Assembly: GCA_964409555.1 (NCBI GenBank)
Contig: CAYPDP010000001.1
Location: 3,978 to 67,977, forward strand
Reading direction: 5' to 3'
Length of the DNA: 64,000 bases
From: Candidatus Woesearchaeota archaeon
Lineage (GTDB): Archaea; Nanobdellota; Nanobdellia; Pacearchaeales; GW2011-AR1
Part shown: piece after piece, positions 9,397-16,975 of the stretch
How positions within the stretch are numbered: position 1 is the stretch's first letter
Layout: each line of letters begins with the position of its first letter
Made by a program: the position numbers and the translations under genes
Notes under the pieces: model-generated
The model's database searches: none
What the model saw: the letters and a program-made list of their open reading frames with translations, nothing else
Told to the model about the DNA's origin: nothing

Positions 9397-10605
9397 ATGA
9401 CTTGGGTTGAAAAATATAGGCCAGTTTGTTTTGTTGATATTAAAGGACAAGATGAAGCAGTAATTAGAATAAAGAAATTTATTGAAGATTTTAGAAAGTT
9501 TGGAAAATCAGATAAAGGGAAAAAGGCAATTCTTCTTCATGGTCCTCCTGGAACTGGGAAAACAACTCTTGCACAAGTGGCTTCTATTGAAAGCAATTCG
9601 GAAATATTTGAAATAAATGCTTCTGATTTTAGAAATAAAAAAAAACTTGATGAAATCTTAAAACCAGCAATTCAACAACAGTCTTTAATTAGAAAAAGTA
9701 AAATAATTCTTATGGATGAAGTTGATGGAATTTCAGGATATTATGATAAAGGAGGAATTCCTGAGCTAATAAGATTAATCGATTCTTCAAATTATCCTTT
9801 AATTCTTACGGCAAATGATGCTTGGTCAAAAAAACTTGCTCCAATTAGAAAAAAGGCTGAGTTAATTCAATTAAAAGAAATTCCTTATGCTTCTATAAAA
9901 GATGTTATGATTTGTATTTTGAAAAAAGAAGGAAAATTTATAGATAATGATATTTTAACTAAGGTTGCAGTAAAATCTAAAGGGGATTTAAGGGCAGCTA
10001 TAAATGATTTACAGGTAATTTCAAAATTAGATAAATCAGATATTTCATTAGATATGGAATATGGTGAGAGAAATAAAGAGACAGATATTTTTAATGCTCT
10101 TAATCAGGTTTTTAAGGGCAAGCCAACTAAAGAAATTTTAGGTGTTTATGATTTTGTAAATATGTCTATAGATAATATAATTCTTTGGATAGAAGAAAAT
10201 ATTCCTTTAGAATATTCTGGATTAGAATTAGCAAAAGCTTATGGGAGATTAAGTAGAGTTGATATTTTTAGAAGAAGAATTTACAAACAACAATACTGGA
10301 GATTTTTGGTTTATGAAAATATTCTTTTAAGTTTCGGAATATCTTCTTCAAAAGATTTGAAAAAAATTCACGGAAATTTTACAAAATATAAAAAACCATC
10401 TAGAATTTTAAAAATATGGATTAATAATTTGAAGATTGCAAAGAAAAAAGCTATTTCAAAAAAATATGCTCATTATGTTCATGTTGGAGAAAAAAGAGCA
10501 TTAAGTGAGTTCCCGTTAATTAAAAGAATTATTAATTCTAATCCTCAGATAATTAATGAATTAAAACTTAATGAAGAAGAAGTTGAATATTTGAATAGAT
10601 TTTAA
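9397..10605 (+). CDS. rfcL: Replication factor C large subunit
   Basis: [47 protein letters not shown]. Confidence 0.95.
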   Translation: MTWVEKYRPVCFVDIKGQDEAVIRIKKFIEDFRKFGKSDKGKKAILLHGPPGTGKTTLAQVASIESNSEIFEINASDFRNKKKLDEILKPAIQQQSLIRKSKIILMDEVDGISGYYDKGGIPELIRLIDSSNYPLILTANDAWSKKLAPIRKKAELIQLKEIPYASIKDVMICILKKEGKFIDNDILTKVAVKSKGDLRAAINDLQVISKLDKSDISLDMEYGERNKETDIFNALNQVFKGKPTKEILGVYDFVNMSIDNIILWIEENIPLEYSGLELAKAYGRLSRVDIFRRRIYKQQYWRFLVYENILLSFGISSSKDLKKIHGNFTKYKKPSRILKIWINNLKIAKKKAISKKYAHYVHVGEKRALSEFPLIKRIINSNPQIINELKLNEEEVEYLNRF

Positions 10606-10628
10606 TAATTTTTTTAAGAAATTATTTT

Positions 10629-11081
10629 TTATTGTTTGTTAGAAATATTAGAAGGAATATTTTGTTGCTGTTCTTGTAATTTGACTTGTGATTCAATTTG
10701 TTGTTTTATAATATTTAAAGGAGTAATTCCTCCATTAATTAAATTTTCTCCATCTCGAGTTACATAGATTGGAATATCTTTACCATTTAATGAAACAAAA
10801 ACTTGGTAAATTCCATTTTCTAAACTTATATTAATAAGACTTGCTTCAGGGAATTGTATTCTTACTAATTCTATAATATTTTTTCCAACAGATTTTGATG
10901 AAGCAATATTATTATCTGAAATATTGTTAACACCTGAAAAATAATTTAATGTTAAAAGAAGAAATAAAATTCCAAAAATTAGTGTCGATAAAATCCAAGG
11001 ATTTTCACTAATTTTATGTGTAATTGTTTTACAAGATTCATTCTTTTTCTTTTTATCATCACTTTTTTCTTCTTTATTCAT
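10629..11081 (-). CDS. Single-pass membrane protein with DsbC-N-terminal-like domain
   Basis: TM helix NPWILSTLIFGILFLLLTL; GIYQV.V...G....IYVTRDG.NL resembles the DsbC dimerisation domain; no CxxC. Confidence 0.55.
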   Translation of the reverse strand: MNKEEKSDDKKKKNESCKTITHKISENPWILSTLIFGILFLLLTLNYFSGVNNISDNNIASSKSVGKNIIELVRIQFPEASLINISLENGIYQVFVSLNGKDIPIYVTRDGENLINGGITPLNIIKQQIESQVKLQEQQQNIPSNISNKQ

Positions 11082-11173
11082 TTTAAAAATAATAAAAATC
11101 TATTTATAAATGTTTTTAAAATGTTTAATAAACAATCAATTAAAAATATAAAGTCTTTTTGATAAGATATTTT

Positions 11174-12496
11174 ATGTCTTATGATATTATTACTGGGAGA
11201 AATGAACATGACAGGGAAACTTTAACAAAAGAGGGAGTTATTTTTTTGGGCAAGGGATATGTTAGCATGGGGAGATACACTAGTTTAAGCAATCGATTAT
11301 TTATGGACATTTCTAAGAATCATGTAGTTTTAGTTGCAGGAAAAAGAGGAAGTGGAAAATCATATACTTTGGGAGTTATTGCCGAGGAATTATCTAATTT
11401 GCCGAAATCTATAAGTTCAAATATTGCCTCTTTAATTTTTGATACTATGGGAATATATTGGACAATGAAATTTAGAAACGAGAAAGATAAAGAACTTTTA
11501 AAAGAATGGAATTTAAAATCAAAAAATCTTCCTGTTAAAATTTTTGTTCCTTTTGGACATTATGATTCTTATGTTGAAAAAGGAATTCCTGTTGATGAAA
11601 AATTTTCTTTAAGTCCTTCAGAATTAAATGTTGAAGATTGGGTAATAACTTTTGGATTAGATATTGTTAATCCTATTGCTGTTTTAATTGAAAGAACTAT
11701 AACTAAATTAAAAAAAGAAGATGAATTTAATTTAAGAGATATAATTTCTGAATTGGAAAAAGATAAAAAATCTTCCGAGGATATTAAGAATGCTTCGATT
11801 GGATTATTTGAGGCAGCAGATACTTGGGGAATTTTTAATAAAGGAGATACTGGTTCTAAGCCAATAAAGATTAAAGATTTAATAAAAGGAGGAGTAACCA
11901 GTATTTTAGATTTAAGTGTTTATAATTCTGTAGGTGCTTTTAATGTTCGGGCTCTTGTAATAAGTTTGGTTTCAAAGAAAATTTTTAATCAGAGAATGGA
12001 TGCAAGAAAAGAAGAAGAGATAAAAGCTGTTTCTAAAGGTTTGGATTATTTTTCAAGAATTTCTGTTGATAAAAAGGATAATCCTTTGGTGTGGATGTTT
12101 ATTGATGAGGCTCACGAATTTTTACCTTTGAATGGAAAAACAATAGCGACAGATGCATTAGTTCAATTGTTAAGAGAAGGAAGGCAGCCAGGAATTTCTT
12201 TGGTTTTAGCAACTCAACAGCCAGGGCAAATACATCGTGATGTTATGACTCAATCAGATATTGTTATTGCCCATAGGGTGACTAGTCAGCCAGATGTGGA
12301 GGCTTTAAATTATATAATGCAAAGTTATCTTTTAGATAGTATAAAAAAGTATATGGATGATTTGCCGAGTTTAAAAGGTTCGGCAATAATTCTTGATGAT
12401 AATTCAGAGAGAATTTATCCTATAAGGATAAGACCAAGATTTACCTGGCATGGGGGAGAGGCTCCTTCTGCGATAAATATTAAAAAAAGAATTTAG
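11174..12496 (+). CDS. HerA/DUF87-family P-loop ATPase
   Basis: HVVLVAGKRGSGKSY Walker A, FIDEAHEF Walker B, LREGRQPGISLVLATQQP; probable ATG at 11174. Confidence 0.9.
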   Translation: MSYDIITGRNEHDRETLTKEGVIFLGKGYVSMGRYTSLSNRLFMDISKNHVVLVAGKRGSGKSYTLGVIAEELSNLPKSISSNIASLIFDTMGIYWTMKFRNEKDKELLKEWNLKSKNLPVKIFVPFGHYDSYVEKGIPVDEKFSLSPSELNVEDWVITFGLDIVNPIAVLIERTITKLKKEDEFNLRDIISELEKDKKSSEDIKNASIGLFEAADTWGIFNKGDTGSKPIKIKDLIKGGVTSILDLSVYNSVGAFNVRALVISLVSKKIFNQRMDARKEEEIKAVSKGLDYFSRISVDKKDNPLVWMFIDEAHEFLPLNGKTIATDALVQLLREGRQPGISLVLATQQPGQIHRDVMTQSDIVIAHRVTSQPDVEALNYIMQSYLLDSIKKYMDDLPSLKGSAIILDDNSERIYPIRIRPRFTWHGGEAPSAINIKKRI

Positions 12497-12530
12497 AAAG
12501 ATTTAAATAGTATAACTTTATAGTAGTAAT

Positions 12531-12746
12531 ATGGAATTTAATACAAAATTTTCAGAAAAAATGTGCGAAGGAGTTCTTGAAGGAACTATAAAAGGAGAAT
12601 ATTTTCTTGGAGGAAAAAAGGTAATTTGTCCTTTTAAGGAATGTAAATATGGAAATCATATAATAATTGATTTTGAAGGAGAGGATTATAATATTTGTAG
12701 GGCTTATTTAATTATGAAAGAAAGAGGTTTAATTAATGATTTATAA
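12531..12746 (+). CDS. Small Cys-containing hypothetical protein
   Basis: 71 aa ORF with CPFKECKY and a further Cys; TTTAAATA box about 28 nt upstream. Confidence 0.65.
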   Translation: MEFNTKFSEKMCEGVLEGTIKGEYFLGGKKVICPFKECKYGNHIIIDFEGEDYNICRAYLIMKERGLINDL

Positions 12747-12751
12747 TTCAG

Positions 12752-13072
12752 ATGAAAAATTTAACATATGATTTTGTAAGAAGAAATTTAAGGTTAGAGA
12801 TATCTGATATTGCAAAAGTTTCTAGAAATACTATAAAGGATAATTATACTCTTTTGAAAGATTTAGGATTTGATTCTTTAGATATGGTTGATTTGGAAAG
12901 TAGAGTGGAGAGTATTTTTGGAATAAAGATTCCTTTTAATTATTTGGAAAGATGTGAAGAAAAGAAAAAATCTAATAAATCTCTTGATTATGTTTGTGAT
13001 ATTTCATTTAAACAATTAATAGATTATGTTTTTGATTTAATTTCTCCTAAATATAAAACTTGTTCAGATTAA
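12752..13072 (+). CDS. Acyl carrier protein-like (phosphopantetheine attachment site)
   Basis: DLGFDSLDMVDL...VE..FGIKIP signature and C-terminal SFKQLIDYV helix. Confidence 0.82.
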   Translation: MKNLTYDFVRRNLRLEISDIAKVSRNTIKDNYTLLKDLGFDSLDMVDLESRVESIFGIKIPFNYLERCEEKKKSNKSLDYVCDISFKQLIDYVFDLISPKYKTCSD

Positions 13073-13938
13073 TTTAAAACTTTAAAATCAACTCTTACTC
13101 TTAATTTATAAGGTGCAATTTCTCCTGCTTTTTTTATGTTTAATATTTTTATTTTTTTATTATTTTCTTTTGCAGTATTTTTTATTTTATTAATGATTAG
13201 ATTTTTTTCTTCAGATTTACAAAAATCATAATAATAAATTAAAGTATTTTTTTTGCTTAATTTGAAAGCTTGTTCTAAAAAAGAATCTTTTAATTGAGGT
13301 CGAGGCATTACAATAACATCAAAACAACCCATGGTTTTTTTGGATTTTCCCTCTTGGCACGGTTGGGCGATTTCTAATTGCCTCTGAGGAAATCGTATTT
13401 TTTCTTTTTCACATAATTTCCTTGCAACTCTTTTAATATCTCCAGGGATTAATTCAACTTTTTCTTTTAATTTATTTAATTCAATATTTAATTCTCCGTA
13501 TTTATTTGCTTTTCTATTAATTTCATTTGAATAAACTTTTTTTGCTTTTGAATTTTTAGCAATAACAATACTAAATGGAGAAACCCCTGCAAACATAACT
13601 AAAACTGTTTCATTTTTTTTAATTTTTGAAGCAATTTCTTTTCTTTCGTTGCTTAATCTTGGAGAAAAATAAGTGTTATCAACATTAAATCTAAAGATAC
13701 AATTATTTTCTTTGTATAAAACCTCTTTTGTTTTTTCTCCTGCTAAGTGTCTTGTGGATATTTTTCTTAAACGTCCTTTGACTTTTCCTATTTTTTCAAG
13801 AACTGTTTTTACTGGCTTTTGTTCTTTTAGTAAATTTTCAGCAAGTTTTTTTTTATTTTTTAAATTAATTTTTTCTTTTGAAGGGAAATTTACAATTGCA
13901 ATATTTCCGAGAATGTCAAATGATTTTATTTTTTTCAT
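13069..13938 (-). CDS. Trm5/TYW2 (Met-10-like) tRNA methyltransferase with 25-aa insertion
   Basis: FDILGNIAI, YKEN.C.F.FNV..TYFSPRLS.ER, VLVMFAGV.PF, FDVIVMP.P. Confidence 0.88.
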   Translation of the reverse strand: MKKIKSFDILGNIAIVNFPSKEKINLKNKKKLAENLLKEQKPVKTVLEKIGKVKGRLRKISTRHLAGEKTKEVLYKENNCIFRFNVDNTYFSPRLSNERKEIASKIKKNETVLVMFAGVSPFSIVIAKNSKAKKVYSNEINRKANKYGELNIELNKLKEKVELIPGDIKRVARKLCEKEKIRFPQRQLEIAQPCQEGKSKKTMGCFDVIVMPRPQLKDSFLEQAFKLSKKNTLIYYYDFCKSEEKNLIINKIKNTAKENNKKIKILNIKKAGEIAPYKLRVRVDFKVLN

Positions 13939-14016
13939 TTATTTAAATAAAAGGGATAATTATTAAATCTTATGTATAATAAGAATATTTATAAATATGA
14001 ATTTAGTAATTATTAA

Positions 14017-14862
14017 ATGGGTAAAAGAGGTTTTAAATTTTTAGTAATATTTTTTTCGTTGTCTGTTTTCATTACTGATTTTATTAGTGCTTCTTATGGA
14101 AGTCCTTTTTCTATAGGTGCTTTATTTGATTCTATTGATCCAACAAGTATGTTTTTGGGAGTTATATTTTTAGTTATATTTGCATTTGTTAATTATTCAG
14201 CTTCTAAAGTATTCAAAGATAGATCTGGAGTTCCAAATAAAACTTTAGTCACTGTTGTTTCACTTTCAGTGGCTTTATTATCAAGTTATGGAATTTATAA
14301 ATCTGGATTTGATTTTTCAGGAGTGTTTTTTGATTTTGGTTCAGGAATAGGTATTTCTGCAGACTGGATTTATTCTTTAGCTTTTTTTATTTTCCTTGGT
14401 TTAGCAATTTATCTTTTTTGGAGATTTGGATTAAATTCACTTGTAATGCTAGGAGTTTTGTTCATATTTTTAGGGTTGTCAAAATTATTATATGAAGGTG
14501 ATGGAGCTGTTTATATAGGGGTTGTGTTTCTGATAGTTTGGTTATTTTTTAAAATTATGTTTAGACCAGTTTCTAATAGATTAATTAATGGAATGGCTAG
14601 GGGAACTTCTTGGTCTGGACGAAAAGCTTATGGACATTATAGAGATAATGTTGATGCACATAGACAAAGACAAGAAATGAATAAAGATCATGAAAAAGCA
14701 ATAAGAGATAATAGAGCATATGATCTTAAAAGATATAATCAAATTATAAGTCAGATTAAATCAATGCCTAAGGGAAAATACATTAAAAAGGGAACATCAG
14801 GATATAATCAGTGGAGAAGACTTTATGATGAAGCTGATAAATTACGTAAGAAATTAAGATAA
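14017..14862 (+). CDS. Multi-pass membrane protein, unknown function
   Basis: About six hydrophobic segments followed by a charged C-terminal tail. Confidence 0.75.
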   Translation: MGKRGFKFLVIFFSLSVFITDFISASYGSPFSIGALFDSIDPTSMFLGVIFLVIFAFVNYSASKVFKDRSGVPNKTLVTVVSLSVALLSSYGIYKSGFDFSGVFFDFGSGIGISADWIYSLAFFIFLGLAIYLFWRFGLNSLVMLGVLFIFLGLSKLLYEGDGAVYIGVVFLIVWLFFKIMFRPVSNRLINGMARGTSWSGRKAYGHYRDNVDAHRQRQEMNKDHEKAIRDNRAYDLKRYNQIISQIKSMPKGKYIKKGTSGYNQWRRLYDEADKLRKKLR

Positions 14863-14882
14863 TAAATATTCTAATCATTAAT

Positions 14883-15923
14883 TTAAAACCATTTACCTAA
14901 ATCTTTTTGTTTTGCTTTTTCTTCAAGTTCATGTAATTTTTCAAGTCGTTTTTCAACCCTTTCAAGAGAAAAATCATGTCTTTTAACAAGAATTTCTTTT
15001 ATTTTTTCTTCATTAACTTTTGGGAATTCAATCTCAAAATTTTCAACATCTGGTTTATGAAATAATTCAAATATTTCTTTCCAATCAAATCTGTTTTCTT
15101 CTGAAAGGCTCATTATTCTTTCTTCAACACTTTCAAATATTAAAATTGGCTGTTTGTATTTTCTTACAATATCTAATGCTTTTTTTTGTCCAATTCCGGG
15201 AATCCCTTTTGGATTGTAATCTGTTCCAACAAGAATTCCAAGACAAATTAATTGGTCTCGGTTTATTTCTAAAACATCTAAAACTCTTTCTAAATCAATT
15301 AATTCAGGATTTATTTCTACCCATCCAGAATAAGTTTTTCTTTTTCTTGCAAGAGTTAAATTTTGAATAAGTTTTGGAGCTCCGAATAATAAACTGTCAT
15401 AATCTTGACTTGCACTTGCATAAATATTTTCTTTTTTTCTGCATAAATATGCTGCTTCTGATTCTCCTTCACTGGGAGCTTGAATAACTGCAATTCCCAT
15501 TGCTTCTAAAAGTTCTTTGCTTTCCTGAATAATTTCATCATTAAGTCTTGTTAATTGACTGCTATAACGTTTCATTTCATCTAAATTTTGTTTCTGTTTT
15601 GCTTCTTCAAATTTTTCTTTGGCCAACTCTCTTGTATTTTCTCGAGATTTATGTGTTTTCCATTTTAGTTGTGGAGGTTTTCCATCAAAAACATAAATCA
15701 TTTTAATTCCTTCTGAAAGAAGATTTATATTTCTATAAAAAATACCTGACAAATGACTTGTAATTTTTTCTTTAGAATCCATTAATGGCGTTCCATCTTG
15801 TTGCCTTATTGTTGATAAGAATTGATATAAAGTATTAAATGCATCAACACAAATTATTTTCCCTTTAAGGTCTGAAATTTCCAGTTCTTTTCTTGGTATT
15901 ATGTCTCGAATGTTTAGTCCCAT
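14883..15923 (-). CDS. fen: Flap endonuclease 1
   Basis: DAFNTLYQFL..IRQ.DG.PL, QAPSEGE.EAA, SQDYDSLLFG, GTDYNP.GI.GIG; C-terminal PIP box QKDLGKWF. Confidence 0.98.
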   Translation of the reverse strand: MGLNIRDIIPRKELEISDLKGKIICVDAFNTLYQFLSTIRQQDGTPLMDSKEKITSHLSGIFYRNINLLSEGIKMIYVFDGKPPQLKWKTHKSRENTRELAKEKFEEAKQKQNLDEMKRYSSQLTRLNDEIIQESKELLEAMGIAVIQAPSEGESEAAYLCRKKENIYASASQDYDSLLFGAPKLIQNLTLARKRKTYSGWVEINPELIDLERVLDVLEINRDQLICLGILVGTDYNPKGIPGIGQKKALDIVRKYKQPILIFESVEERIMSLSEENRFDWKEIFELFHKPDVENFEIEFPKVNEEKIKEILVKRHDFSLERVEKRLEKLHELEEKAKQKDLGKWF

Positions 15924-15962
15924 GAATATATAAGCAAATAGTAATATAAAAAATTAATTATT

Positions 15963-16292
15963 TTATTTTTTAGTTATTTTTTTAGCATATTTAAGAATTC
16001 CCTGAAATAAATCTCCAATTTGTTTGAAAGAGTAATTATTTATTGGTTGTTTTCCTTCATTTCTAAATTTTGAGAAATATTTAGTTAAAAGTTCCCTTTT
16101 GTTATAAGTATCTTCTCCTATATTTTCTAAAACTCCCCATCTAATTACATTATTAACAAAATCTTCATAATTTTCTTTTTTTAATTTTTCTTCTAATTTA
16201 AAATATTTTTTATCAAAATATATTTTATTAGCAAGATATATTTCCTCTTTTTCTTGTTCTGGGTCAGGATTTTCTCCGTAATTATTATTCAT
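15963..16292 (-). CDS. Hypothetical protein
   Basis: 109 aa ORF with leaderless-type TATA upstream; no recognisable motif. Confidence 0.65.
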   Translation of the reverse strand: MNNNYGENPDPEQEKEEIYLANKIYFDKKYFKLEEKLKKENYEDFVNNVIRWGVLENIGEDTYNKRELLTKYFSKFRNEGKQPINNYSFKQIGDLFQGILKYAKKITKK

Positions 16293-16376
16293 ATATTTAC
16301 CACTATTAAAGAGTATATAAACTTTACTGTTTTAAACATAATATCCTCTTATTTTAATTAAATTATTTTAAAGATA

Positions 16377-16408
16377 TTTGTTTCATCTTGTTAACAGGCA
16401 GTTTCACA
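16377..16408 (+). promoter_or_regulatory. Conserved 32-bp upstream element, copy 1 (TTTGTTTCATCTTGTTAACAGGCAGTTTCACA)
   Basis: 29/32 identical to 63771-63802; immediately 5' of TATA-like TTATATAA at 16415-16422. Confidence 0.8.
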
Positions 16409-16442
16409 AAAGTATTATATAATTATGTAGGAAGATTATAAT

Positions 16443-16493
16443 ATGAAAAATAATAAATCCTATTTGACAAATTTGAAAGGAGGTAAGAAATAG
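16443..16493 (+). other. Candidate leaderless leader peptide MKNNKSYLTNLKGGKK
   Basis: ATG 28 nt after TATA start; contains SD AAGGAGGT; TAG directly abuts the in-frame ATG at 16494; similar to 63837-63890. Confidence 0.55.
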
Positions 16494-16847
16494 ATGAAAA
16501 CAAAAAATTTATTTGCAATAGGATTGATAATGATTTTAGTTATGATGGTTTTAGTGAATGCAGAATTAACAGAATCACAAAAAAAAGCATTAGAAGCACA
16601 AAAGAAAGTTGCTGAATTAGCTGCAGAACAAGCAAAACAGCAACAAAAGACTCAACAAACCCAACAAATACAAAATGTTCAACAGATAGAAATTAAGCAA
16701 GTAGAATTAACAGAGTTTCAGAAAAAAGCATTAGAATTTCAGAAAAAAGTTGCTGAACGTACAGCAAAACTTGCTGAAATTCAAGCAGTTATTGCTAGTG
16801 GGAATATTAATTTTATTCTTAGATATTTCTTTTATGATCCTTTATAA
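16494..16847 (+). CDS. Secreted Gln/Ala-rich coiled-coil protein with internal duplication
   Basis: Signal peptide ending VNA; repeats ELTESQKKALEAQKKVAE and ELTEFQKKALEFQKKVAE; strong SD. Confidence 0.8.
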   Translation: MKTKNLFAIGLIMILVMMVLVNAELTESQKKALEAQKKVAELAAEQAKQQQKTQQTQQIQNVQQIEIKQVELTEFQKKALEFQKKVAERTAKLAEIQAVIASGNINFILRYFFYDPL

Positions 16848-16875
16848 TTTTTTTTGAAAAGGATTTTATTTTTTT
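16837..16875 (+). terminator. Possible terminator (hairpin plus T-tract)
   Basis: ATCCTTT(16837-16843)/AAAGGAT(16858-16864) inverted repeat around a T8 run, followed by TTTATTTTTTT. Confidence 0.4.
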
Positions 16876-16975
16876 ATTATGTCTAAAGTTATATTTAATA
16901 TTCTTGGATATATGTATGGAGGTCTATATTTTTTTAAACCTCAATTTTTAAATAACCTTTATACATTTTGAATTT

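Noticed and set aside
16879..16971. 30-codon ORF between the secreted protein and polB
   Set aside because: Overlaps the terminator-like and polB promoter region, with no motif and no clear promoter of its own
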